Source: Mytilus edulis (lineage: Eukaryota). Taken from it: a DNA stretch of 64,000 bases. Below the pieces are notes generated by a model. That model worked only from the letters and a program-made list of their open reading frames with translations. It was not told where the DNA came from and searched no databases. A program made the translations under genes and the position numbers. This document shows, piece by piece, positions 38,937 through 49,200 of this stretch. Every line of letters starts with the position of its first letter. Position 1 is the stretch's first letter. The stretch spans positions 5,146,001 through 5,210,000 of the forward strand of contig NC_092353.1 of the NCBI RefSeq assembly GCF_963676685.1. The letters are read 5' to 3'.

Positions 38937-41900
38937 CTACTGTACATAATCATGTAAGTAGGATGGCATTTGTCTTTTGCGCCTACCTACTTGTCCCTGT
39001 TTGGACCCATTATCTAATTTGTCTGTATCGCGATTTATATCATCACTATTCGGAAGCAGCGAATTTTGACTCAAGTCATAAGCGAGTGTTGCGTCTAAAT
39101 CGGACGGGATATCAATAAGTGAATGAAGATCTTTAATAATTATCTGTTCATTATTATAATTGTTTGTCAGAGAATCTGACACCAAGAAGGGATCATTGTT
39201 ATCAAGATCGTCAGTCAGAGATTCTGACAGAGGATTCAAACCATTTTGAGTATTCTGATTCTCACCACTAAATAAAATATCCAGATATAAATCCTCCAGC
39301 TCCATATTAGTGTCTCGCTCCAATTTATTCTCAGCTCGTCCAAGAATATCATTTCTAAGTCTCTGTAACCATAACGGTATTTCTCTGTCAATGCACAGCT
39401 TGAGTCTATCATGATGCACGACTTCCTCTCTTTTTCTGTCTTTAATCTTTAGCAATGCTGGAGACTTAACTTCAATGACCACATATGGACCTTTCCATGG
39501 AGCTTTTAATTTTGGGGATATCCCTACTTTCCTGGCTGTATCTAATTTTAGTACAATATCTCCTACACAATATTTTCTAAAGTTGAGATTTAAATCATAA
39601 TCTTGCTTTTGACGTTTTTGCGCAGATTTTAGATTATCTCTGGCGATATCATGAGCGTCCTTTAAAGAATTTCTTAAACTTTGAACATACTTACAAATAT
39701 CTTGATCTGGAAAACGTTCCTTTATTTGTCCTAAAACCAGATCAATAGGCTGATTTACCTCTCGTCCGAAAACCATAAAATTCGGTGTAAAACCAGTCTG
39801 TCGATTCTCTGTTGCTCTGATAGCACCTGCTAGTTGTTGTAGGTGGATATCCCATCTGTTTTGATTCTTCTTTAAGAAACAACGGATTAATTGAGTAATT
39901 ATTCTATTATATCTCTCCACCTGACCGTTGGAAGCAGGATGGTATGCAGATGTTCTTGTCTTGGAAACTTCAAGAAGATCACATAGTTGTCTAATAACCC
40001 TCCCATCTACATTTTTGCCTTGGTCTGTATGTAGCTCCATGGGACAACCGAATCTAGATATAGTGCTATCCATCAAAGCTTTTGCTACCACTTCAGCATT
40101 TTGGTTTGGCAAGGGACAACATTCCAACCACTTAGTAAATTGATCTATGATGACCAGAACATACTTATTATTCTGTTGAGTGACTGGCAATGGTCCAAGT
40201 ATATCCAAATGAATACGTTCAAAGGGAACGCCTGAATGGTACCTACCCAATTCTGCTTTGGCTCTCTTCAAAGGTTTTTTGTATCTATTGCATATATGGC
40301 ATGTTGAAACATAAAGTTTACAGTCCATTGTCATTCCATACCAGTAAACTGTGTGTCTTAATTTTGCCAAGGTTTTATCTTGTCCTAAATGTCCAGCTGA
40401 TCGTAAATCATGACAAAGATGAAGCATTTCCTGTCTTAATTTCCTTGGTGTTATAAACAAGAGCCTTGGTGCAACTGCATCATCCCAAAAATAGTAGAGT
40501 ATACCATTTCTAAACTCAAGTTGAGATTTTGACTGCCACAAATGCCTTACCAATGGACTACTCATCTGTAAGTCTTGTTTTGAAGGAGAGAAATCAGTAG
40601 ATAACCAGGCAATAACAGTACTCAGATCTATGTCATTTTTTTGTGCGTCTCTTAATTCATTTTCAGTATAAGGCTGTAATATCTTCCCTTTTGTGGATGT
40701 GACATCTTTAATGCTTACAGCACGTACGGTTAGTGGTTTAACAAAGTCTACTTCTTCTTCAAATGTGGACCACTGACTCCGGGCTCTTGTACAGTATTTA
40801 CAACCTCCACATGGAAGATTATTAAGTGGAATACTTGGCAAGTATGAATTGCATTCATTAAGTGTATCTGGGATTCGTGAAAGAGCATCTGCGTTTACAT
40901 GTTTTTTACCTGGTCTATGTTGAACTAACATGTTATATTGTGATAGTTCCTCAATCCACCGAGCTAGTTGACCTTCAATATTCTTGAAATTTAACAGCCA
41001 AGTAAGACTATTATGATCTGTACGGACAACAAACTGGTTACCTAGTAAATAATGTCTATACTGCCTTGTAAAAGTGACAATAGCCAATAACTCCTTTCGA
41101 GTTGTGCAATACTTTTTCTGAGCTGGTGTTAAAACCTTACTCGAAAAGCTTATCGTTCTTTCTTTTCCATCTTGTAGTTGGCTAAGTTCAGCACCAATGG
41201 TTTTGTCCGAGGCATCAGTATCAAGTATGAAGGTAGCTTCCGGATCAGGATAGGCTAAAACAGAAGAATTTACTAGTGCTATTTTTAGTTGTTCGAAAGC
41301 ATTTTCCTGTTCTTCAGTCCATACAAACTCTGATTTTCCTCCTGTTAATTTATGCAAAGACACAGCAATTTCAGCATAATTCTTTATGTGTTCCCTGTGG
41401 TAGTTTGTGAACCCGAGAAAAGATTCCAGCTCCTTTTTTTTCTTTGGTCTTGGCCAACTTTTTACAGTCTGCATATTCTCCGGATTTACTGAAATACCAT
41501 CTTTGTTTACAATTTTCCCCAAAAACTTGACTTCTTTTTGAAATAAGAAACATTTGGACGGTTTAAGTTTTAAATTGTAGTACTGAAATCTTTTTAAGAT
41601 GTGCAGAAGTTTAATCAAATGGTCATCAAAACTGTGGCCTAAAACGATGACATCATCCAAATATGCAAGGCATTCTTTCCATGTCAGACCTTTCAAAACC
41701 AACTGAATGACTCGGCTGAAAGTAGCTGGTGAGTTACATAATCCAAAAGGCAGTCGGACATGCTCGAAAAGTCCATATTTCGTGACGAAAGCCGTTTTAT
41801 GTCGATCTTTCTCATCGATCTCTATTTGCCAATAACCTGCAGCCATGTCCAACGTACTCATGTAGGCACTTCCTCTCAAAGTATCCATACAAGACTCAAT

Positions 41901-43523
41901 CTTTGGCAAAGGAAACACGTCCTTAGTTGTCACTTTATTAAGGGGACGAAAATCAATACAGTACCTCAGACTGCCGTCCTTCTTTCTTACTAAAACAGGA
42001 CAGGAACACCAATCTGAAATAGAAGGTTTAATAACCCCCTTATCTAACATTTGACTAAGATGTTTTTCTTCTTCATTTTCAAATTTCAGTGGAGTTCTAC
42101 GCATTTGTTGTTTAATTGCAGCTGCCTCCCCTGTGTGAATTCGATGTTTAATATCCCCATTAAACAATCCCAGATCCATGTCGCCTTTAGAAAAAATATT
42201 TTGAAATTCAATGAGTACTTCAGCAATCTTTATGCTACGATCTATGTCAAAATCTTTTACTGTTCGAGTATACAAATCTTTTAGGTGTTCTGGAATCTTA
42301 GAATTGAGTTCTTTTAATTTGTTTAGTTTATTTACAGAATTTCCATCTTTTAGTATAGTACGAATTTCTGTGGACGGTTTGACAGAAAATCTGTCACCTT
42401 TGAGCGGTTTGACAGAAAATCTGTCACCTTGAGGCGGACTGACAGAAAATCTGTCACCTTGGGAAGGATTGACAGAAAATCTGTCACCTTGGGACGGACT
42501 GACAGAAAATCTGTCACCTTGAGGCGGACTGACAGAAAATCTGTCACCTTGGGATGGACCAGCAGAAACCCTGTCACCTACACGTACCTTTTCCAATGTC
42601 TCGAAATTACCAGTTGGCGAACTGACAGAAAATCTGTCACTTATGTTTTCTGACGTTTTACACGAATTTGCATTATCGACATTGACAGAAACTCTGTCAC
42701 TATGTACTTCGGGGTCTTCAGCCAAATCACCCTGATCAGTTACAACATTGTATATCTCCATACCAATACCAAATTTATGACCTCCTTTCAATGTGATAAA
42801 AGTGTCTGTGTCATTTCGAAATACAGCCTTCACGGATTCATCCTTAGCAATTAAAGCATTTGGGGACAGAAGACCTTTTAAATTGGATTTCGGCTGAATG
42901 ATGATATCATCTGCTTGGGGATGATCAATTTCCATATCAACTATTTTTAAACTATGAGGTGGCACAACTGTTTTCTTTTTTATACTAATCCTGTATAAGT
43001 TTATTTCTTCTCCCTCGTTCCCAACAAAACAGACCGCTGGTATAGCCTCATTGTTTATGTGGACTGTGTAGTTTGCCATATCAATAACTGCTCCAAATTT
43101 CTCCAAGAAATCAATACCCAGAATGATATTATCATTTATGTTAGCAGTTACAAACCTCCATTTTGATTTTAACTTCCCTATTTCGATAGGTATCTCCTCT
43201 GTATATCTAGCATCAATTTTAGAATTTTTTCCAGCTCCTCGCAAAACTAAATGTTCCTTTAGTTTAATTGTTGACTGTAAAAGTGGTAAAATTGAAGTAC
43301 TCAAAACAGATATTTGTGCTGCACTATCTATTACAGCCTTAAATGTTCTTCCTAAAATTTTCATCTCAATGAACAAAGTTTTTGATTTTTTGCTTTTATC
43401 AAATGAAAAAATTTCTTGAATCGAAAACTTCTGTTCTTGACCAGACATTTCTGTTGGCGGTTGGCCTGTATCATCTGAAAAGGTCAAGGATTGGCCTACA
43501 TCCTTGGCCCTGAGTCGTTTAAA
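38937..43523 (-). CDS. pol: Pol polyprotein (aspartic protease, RT, RNase H, integrase), expressed by -1 frameshift from gag
   Basis: Protease VIDSAA. RT LPFGLCNSPATF and YLDD. RNase H LDTDAS...ELLA...RTDH. Integrase HHCC, HLD..HTDQG..GQVER and WKGPY. The ORF has no stops. Confidence 0.95.
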   Translation of the reverse strand, partial: FKRLRAKDVGQSLTFSDDTGQPPTEMSGQEQKFSIQEIFSFDKSKKSKTLFIEMKILGRTFKAVIDSAAQISVLSTSILPLLQSTIKLKEHLVLRGAGKNSKIDARYTEEIPIEIGKLKSKWRFVTANINDNIILGIDFLEKFGAVIDMANYTVHINNEAIPAVCFVGNEGEEINLYRISIKKKTVVPPHSLKIVDMEIDHPQADDIIIQPKSNLKGLLSPNALIAKDESVKAVFRNDTDTFITLKGGHKFGIGMEIYNVVTDQGDLAEDPEVHSDRVSVNVDNANSCKTSENISDRFSVSSPTGNFETLEKVRVGDRVSAGPSQGDRFSVSPPQGDRFSVSPSQGDRFSVNPSQGDRFSVSPPQGDRFSVKPLKGDRFSVKPSTEIRTILKDGNSVNKLNKLKELNSKIPEHLKDLYTRTVKDFDIDRSIKIAEVLIEFQNIFSKGDMDLGLFNGDIKHRIHTGEAAAIKQQMRRTPLKFENEEEKHLSQMLDKGVIKPSISDWCSCPVLVRKKDGSLRYCIDFRPLNKVTTKDVFPLPKIESCMDTLRGSAYMSTLDMAAGYWQIEIDEKDRHKTAFVTKYGLFEHVRLPFGLCNSPATFSRVIQLVLKGLTWKECLAYLDDVIVLGHSFDDHLIKLLHILKRFQYYNLKLKPSKCFLFQKEVKFLGKIVNKDGISVNPENMQTVKSWPRPKKKKELESFLGFTNYHREHIKNYAEIAVSLHKLTGGKSEFVWTEEQENAFEQLKIALVNSSVLAYPDPEATFILDTDASDKTIGAELSQLQDGKERTISFSSKVLTPAQKKYCTTRKELLAIVTFTRQYRHYLLGNQFVVRTDHNSLTWLLNFKNIEGQLARWIEELSQYNMLVQHRPGKKHVNADALSRIPDTLNECNSYLPSIPLNNLPCGGCKYCTRARSQWSTFEEEVDFVKPLTVRAVSIKDVTSTKGKILQPYTENELRDAQKNDIDLSTVIAWLSTDFSPSKQDLQMSSPLVRHLWQSKSQLEFRNGILYYFWDDAVAPRLLFITPRKLRQEMLHLCHDLRSAGHLGQDKTLAKLRHTVYWYGMTMDCKLYVSTCHICNRYKKPLKRAKAELGRYHSGVPFERIHLDILGPLPVTQQNNKYVLVIIDQFTKWLECCPLPNQNAEVVAKALMDSTISRFGCPMELHTDQGKNVDGRVIRQLCDLLEVSKTRTSAYHPASNGQVERYNRIITQLIRCFLKKNQNRWDIHLQQLAGAIRATENRQTGFTPNFMVFGREVNQPIDLVLGQIKERFPDQDICKYVQSLRNSLKDAHDIARDNLKSAQKRQKQDYDLNLNFRKYCVGDIVLKLDTARKVGISPKLKAPWKGPYVVIEVKSPALLKIKDRKREEVVHHDRLKLCIDREIPLWLQRLRNDILGRAENKLERDTNMELEDLYLDILFSGENQNTQNGLNPLSESLTDDLDNNDPFLVSDSLTNNYNNEQIIIKDLHSLIDIPSDLDATLAYDLSQNSLLPNSDDINRDTDKLDNGSKQGQVGRRKRQMPSYLHDYVQ
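42380..42699. repeat. In-frame 30-bp tandem repeat with a palindromic core in the pol PR-RT linker (GDRFSVSPxQ)
   Basis: tgacagaaaatctgtca at 42380, 42410, 42440, 42470, 42500, 42530 and 42623. Variants at ~42560 and 42683. Confidence 0.95.
43478..43523 (-). promoter_or_regulatory. -1 programmed ribosomal frameshift signal
   Basis: T TTA AAC in the gag frame (43523-43517), a ~7-nt spacer, then stem GGCCAAGGAT/ATCCTTGACC. Pol is in the -1 frame and is open from 43541. Confidence 0.85.
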
Positions 43524-45046
43524 GCTTTTGGTGATGGAGATCTATTACGATAGGGAGAACTATTTCTGGGCTTCTTGCAATCCCTACTAAAATGACCTTC
43601 TTCCCCGCAATTGTAGCAATTACCTCTTGCAGGACTATTGTACCTTCTTTGTGGCGAAAAAGCTCGATCTGTTCTTTGTGGTGACCTTGACCTCATATTC
43701 TGACTTACTATGCTCAATACTTTTTTTACCATGATCTTAGTTTCTAATAAATCATCTTCTGTCTTCTGTAATCTTTTCTCGAACACATTCATCTTATTTG
43801 TTCCTTCGTCAGACTTCATAATTGCACGGACTGATGTTTCCTGTGTATCCTCATTCTCATCATTTTGCTCCATAAAAGAAACCCTTTTAATTTCTGCTCT
43901 TCGTGTACCCATTATGACTTTTTGATTCGCCACTGCACTTCGTACATATTGTACCGCTTGATCCAGAGCATCTGGATTTTTGTCCATAGCAGTCAAAGCT
44001 GCACGCTTGTCTACACAACCTTTAAGAAAAGCATCTGTTGCCAAAGTTTGTACGAAATTATCTGGTGTATCCGGGTAGCCATCGGTAGCCAGCTCCTGTG
44101 CTCTTTCTGCAAATTCCTCTAACGATTCCTCTTGCTCTTGCTTAAGATCTTGTAAAAGTCTTCTTACAATGTGTGGCGGTTCCTTTCTACCAAAACGCTC
44201 TTCCATTTTCTTGCATAAGCTTTCATAATTAGTTTGTACTAACTTTGGTCTTGAGCTGTAAAATTTCAAAGCTTTATCTCGCAAACATTCAATCAATTTA
44301 TACAACCTTTGCTCACTCTGCCATTTGCATCTATCAGCTATAGTGCTAAATTGTAGATAATAAGGACGCCAGTCATTTCTGCCATCATATGTTGACATCT
44401 TTGGTGCTGTGGGACCACCATAATCTGAGTGTTTATGATCATTAGCATTATATTTTCCTTTCAATAATTGAACAGGACTACTCTTTTCCTCTTTTTCGGC
44501 TATTACTTTTTCTACTTTAAGCAAAGTTTCTTTCTGCTGTAGTTGAGTCTGAATTTTCTTTGAATATTCATGTATATCTTTAATCTCTTCATTCTGTGAT
44601 TTAATCATTTCTTTCATTTGTTCAATTTGTTCCTGTTTTTGTTTTGTATAAACGTCTCTTTGTTGTTCAAACATAAGCCTCTGTTCTTCTATATGTGCTT
44701 TACTCTGTTCAGAAATTTTCTCTATTTTTGTTTGAAAAGTCTCTGCCATATCATCTCTGGATTTTTCTACCGACAAAATCTTGTGACGTAATGATTCAAT
44801 GGTATTTTTCAGGACCTCTTGACCTTCATCAGACTCCTCTGGGTCCTCAAAACAAATTATTTTCTCATTCAACAGTGCAGTCCACAATGATTGTGGTGCT
44901 TCTGGAATCTCCTTTAAATTATCTAAATTAAGTAATCCGTCTTCTTCTCTCTTTGCAATTATTGCTAAGGCTCTAGTTTCACCTATCTTTTTAATCGCTT
45001 TTAACTGTGTAAAGTTAGCTTTGTTTATATTAATAGGTTTTGCCAT
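43496..45046 (-). CDS. gag: Gag with N-terminal helix-hairpin-helix domain, coiled coil, capsid-like region and CCHC knuckle (~516 aa from first ATG)
   Basis: Starts MAKPININKANFTQLKAIKKIGETRALAIIAKRE. Capsid-like YDGRNDWRPYYLQF...LKQEQEESLEEFAER...FLKG. Zinc knuckle CYNCGEEGHFSRDC. Confidence 0.92.
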   Translation of the reverse strand: MAKPININKANFTQLKAIKKIGETRALAIIAKREEDGLLNLDNLKEIPEAPQSLWTALLNEKIICFEDPEESDEGQEVLKNTIESLRHKILSVEKSRDDMAETFQTKIEKISEQSKAHIEEQRLMFEQQRDVYTKQKQEQIEQMKEMIKSQNEEIKDIHEYSKKIQTQLQQKETLLKVEKVIAEKEEKSSPVQLLKGKYNANDHKHSDYGGPTAPKMSTYDGRNDWRPYYLQFSTIADRCKWQSEQRLYKLIECLRDKALKFYSSRPKLVQTNYESLCKKMEERFGRKEPPHIVRRLLQDLKQEQEESLEEFAERAQELATDGYPDTPDNFVQTLATDAFLKGCVDKRAALTAMDKNPDALDQAVQYVRSAVANQKVIMGTRRAEIKRVSFMEQNDENEDTQETSVRAIMKSDEGTNKMNVFEKRLQKTEDDLLETKIMVKKVLSIVSQNMRSRSPQRTDRAFSPQRRYNSPARGNCYNCGEEGHFSRDCKKPRNSSPYRNRSPSPKALNDSGPRM

Positions 45047-45121
45047 TTTATCTTTACGCAATGTTTATAATTATGCGATTTATTAATTACAAAATAACCG
45101 TGTAGCGATTTGTCGCGGTCC

Positions 45122-45344
45122 TGTCAGTAACACTGACACAATAATATAAATATGCAGTTTATTATTTACTGAATAACAATGTAGCGGCTTGTCAGTAACA
45201 CTGACACAATAATATAAATATGCAGTTTATTATTTACTGAATAACAATGTAGCGGATTGTCAGTAACACTGACACTGTTTTATAACTATGCAATAATTTT
45301 TCAGTGATTAGCCGTATTGCGGAGTGTCAGTAAAACTGACACCA
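45122..45344. repeat. ~68-bp tandem repeat (4 units) with a 17-bp palindrome in the retroelement 5' leader
   Basis: tgtcagtaacactgaca at 45122, 45190 and 45258; tgtcagtaaaactgaca at 45325. Confidence 0.92.
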
Positions 45345-45591
45345 GGAATTTTCCAAATTTTCAAAAATTTTCAAAGTAGATATTTCTATGAAAACAAATG
45401 GATGTATGGGCAATCGGTTATCAGAAATTCTGATATTAAATTTCCATGATTATTATACTCATGAAATATGTAATGTTCTTTTCTATAGGTACAATAACTG
45501 TTTGTTTTCTTTGTTGTGATTTTTCAGTTTTGCCGCCAAAATGTCAGGAAACAATGAATGTCTCGAGTCGATTTAAAGTAAATTCGAACCG

Positions 45592-45604
45592 ACTTCTGAC
45601 ACCA
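45592..45604 (-). other. Primer-binding site complementary to the tRNA-Leu 3' end
   Basis: Minus strand TGGTGTCAGAAGT, one base after the 5' LTR. The plus strand reads ttcgaaccgacttctgacacca, resembling a tRNA-Leu 3' end. Confidence 0.85.
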
Positions 45605-45605
45605 A

Positions 45606-45818
45606 TGTTGTAAAGGTGCAATAATTCGATATACCTTTCCTAATATAAGATGTTGTCTTGGTAGAATATACTGATAGGGCAGGAATCCCAGGGCTGGAGT
45701 TCACCACAAGTGGGTCGTCTGAGCTCCGGATATATTCTGCGAGGTTGCGCAGTAAATACTAACTGAAGTTCCGGTAACAAATCTGGTTGTGGCAATCACT
45801 TTCCGGACATTTACTACA
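45606..45818 (-). repeat. 5' LTR (213 bp)
   Basis: Identical by eye to 37039-37251; followed by the PBS on the minus strand. Confidence 0.97.
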
Positions 45819-46228
45819 ATACTTTGTACCAAGATGAAAATAAAACATAATTCTCTTCATTATGTCCTTCAATTAATCGGGTTCACTTTTTTTATTGAAA
45901 AAAATTCAAATACACATCTTTTTATAATAACATTTGGCAGTGATCACTTCCGGCATGCACGGAAATGCAAAAATGGACACAACAAAAGACGTGGAGATGT
46001 TTACATTGCTCAACGGTGAACTGCTTTTTACAATAACTAACTTGCTGCTCAGAAAATATAGAACATGAGCAGCATTTTGGTGTACTATGAGGCAGTTTCA
46101 CATAAGTCACATACATAGAACGAATCCTCAAACAGTCGTGTTGATCCGTCGACAGAAGAAGAAAAAGGTATAATTTCATGTTTAATGCGACTATCGTAAT
46201 ATCTTTATATGTCGTCTGCCTCCTAGAA

Positions 46229-49200
46229 ATGCCTACCATTAGGAGTGTTAAAGGGCGCTTTTCAACTAAGAAACCTGTAGAAAGAATACATAACTTTATT
46301 GAAAGTAGACGAAAAGTTAAAACACAACCAAAGAAGTTCTCTGTCTCAGACATAGTTTTAGAAGACCACCCTTATTTTATTTCATCATCACTGCAAACAT
46401 CATCTACATTAACCAAATATCCTCCTGAAACCAACAAAAGCTATCACGAACATGACAGAGATGATTTATTTAATGAATATATTCCATCTGATCTTGTCCC
46501 CCTAGACCATTGTAGATTCCTGTGTGAATTGGAGTATTTGGCTAGTCAGCTGAAAAGCTGTATCGGGTGTAACAAACCCCTTCATTTGCACGATGCCAGG
46601 GGTGTTAGATGCTATGGCGTTTCAGGAATTTTGTATATTGTCTGCCATAGACCAATATGTGGTCGTTTAAACAAAATTAAATTAGGGAAGACACATTACC
46701 CTGGTGAAAACAAGAGAGGCATAGGTGTATTTGATGTCAACACTAAAATAGCTACAGGTTAACATGCATTTAAAAATGTTTAATTTTATGTTTATAACAG
46801 TAAGGCCAAGGGACACCAGTTCCCGTTACCAGGTTTTAATTGTAATGATATTCATTGAGCAGAACAAATCGTCCCACTTGTGAAACGTGTTAACTTAAAT
46901 CCTGTCAATCATGTCAATGTTCCTTCGGCCAACTTGTCCAACTTAATGAAAAAGGCAAATGCTAGATGTATATAATTTTCATGTGATGATGTCTGCTAAC
47001 TCTCCAACTTTTGTTGGCATTCAAGTCAAATAAATACTGATAGTCACTTCTTTATGCTTTATTTCAACAAAAAGAAAAGAACTACAAATTAAATATAAGA
47101 AGATGTGGTATGTTGAGCAATGATGACATCCCTTCACAGAACCCAGTATCTCGCCTAATTTATGAAGTTGAGGAACGTTTACTGCAGATTGCATGTAATA
47201 TTTACCATGTTTACTGGAAGACCAGCTACGTCCATATATATATATAAGTAACATTATATTATACAAATATAAAATACAAATACAAACTTTAACCACAGAC
47301 ATGACAGAGTCAATATTTATTTATCTAATGTTTTCATAGATATTAATTTTATTAACTAGTGGGATGGGAACATGATAAATATACAACAGGATTGCATCTT
47401 TTTAATCAAGAAGGGCGAGTTGACAATACTTAATTCATCAGGATTAATCTATTTCTCACAAGTGGGGCGAGTTGACAGACCTTATTTCAGAGTGATTTTT
47501 ACCCTTTTCATAAATGATGCAAGTTAAACAAACCATTTTCAATTCTTTTTCACAAGTGAGGCCATTTGGTAAATCTAATTTGGTCAATTCAGAAAGTGGT
47601 GCAAGTTAAAAAAATGGGGCGGTTTGCCAGTGTGATGATTCTTCATGGATTCAATATACATCCTAATGTCTAAGAGATCCCAATTTTTTTTATACATGTG
47701 TATTATATGCCATAATTTCATGGGTATGTTTGAATATAAAAAAAAGATGTGGTATGATTGGCAATAAGACAACTCTCCACAAGAGACCAAAATGACACAG
47801 ATATTAACAATTATAGGTAACTGTACAGCCTTCAACAATGAGCAAAGCCTATACTGCATAGTCAGCTATAAAGGCCCTGAAATGACAATGTAAAACAATT
47901 CAAACGATAAAAGTAACAGCCTTATTTATTTAAAAAATGAACGAAAAACAAATAAGTAACACATAAACAAACAATAATGATTGAATTACAGGCTTCTGAC
48001 TTGGGGCAGGCAAATACATACATGTTCACTATGCTGAATTTAATATGAATGAAAAAAGTGGGTTTATGTTTTTTAAGTGCAACTAAAAGTTGAAATGTGT
48101 CCAGATTTAAATGATTACATATAAAGTTCTCATAATCATGATACATGTAATTCATTGTATTTCAAAATATCCAGGTATGATACATTCCGGCATCGGAGGA
48201 ACACAGTTGAGCAACTTTTTGTCTGTACTCAACATACATAGCATAGATTTCAAGGCATTAAAAGAGAGAGAAAATGAAACTGGAGCTGCTATAGAAGCAC
48301 AAGCAGAAATATCTGAGGAAAGATACTTACAAGAAGAAATAAACCAGTCATTTACAGGTTTAACATTTAAATTAGCCAGATACAAGCTTATGTTAAACTG
48401 GACATCTGTGTTGAATTGTTACTTATTTTAAGATTTACTTGAATTTAAAATTGAATACTTAAAAAAGTTCACCTATATGTATTATAATTTTAATATGAAA
48501 ATTGATAAAAAAAAAAGGAACTTCAGCATTTTTACATCTTATACAGACTTTGAAGTGAATTCAGACAAAGGTCATTAGATTTTTCAAAATGGAACGTTAA
48601 CCAGTGTTTAAATTTAATTATTCACATGATTAAGAAGCCTTTACATTTTTTTTCCATGGAGAGTGTTTGGGCATGGTCCATTGACTTTGAAACTTTTGCA
48701 TATCTTACATATTAAAGTTCATTTTACAGGGAACCCTTAATTGTAGGTCTATGATATTTAGTATGCAGTAGAATTATTATTGCCATATCATATTTCTAAA
48801 CTATTATTGAATATTATTGTCCATATTCCTTCAGTCATGACATGGTTCAGAAATTTTACTATTTTTATGAGTTAAGTGTTATAAAATATTGCTAAATGAA
48901 TTTCATTGTTTTCTTTTTCAGCAGTACATTATTTTAAACCTTTCATATTATTGTTCCCAAAATTCTTTAATAAATATTTATTTATCTAATTTACTACGGT
49001 ACTGTTATTCTCATAGTCATGTTAGTTGTCTAATTTGGAAGTGACTGTTAATTACACTATAGTACAAACAGTGATCATATAACCACTATATATCTTAGCT
49101 ATAGGAAAAAAAAAATTTCTCTCTTAATTATCATGATTTCAATATATGTATTTTCGTGCAGAGGAAAATGGTGACACACAAACAGGTATATCTGTATCAA

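Larger units (their letters stand above)
37039..45818 (-). mobile_element. Full-length Ty3/Gypsy LTR retrotransposon with an extra ORF (gag, pol, ZnF-TatD)
   Basis: Identical 213-bp LTRs with TG...CA ends. 4-bp TSD ATAC (37035-37038 and 45819-45822). PBS, PPT and intact ORFs. Pol order is PR-RT-RH-IN. Confidence 0.97.

Noticed and set aside
42380-42560. CRISPR-like repeat-spacer appearance
   Set aside because: Spacers are only 9 nt, related to each other and in frame within pol. Eukaryotic context with no cas genes.
43487-43498. Stop-codon readthrough between gag and pol
   Set aside because: The gag frame hits TGA three codons after TAG, and pol is in the -1 frame.
37039-45818. Assignment to the Steamer element because of the Leu PBS and short LTRs
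   Set aside because: Steamer has a single gag-pol ORF and no third ORF. Here gag and pol are frameshifted and ORF3 is present. Clade assignment needs an RT phylogeny.
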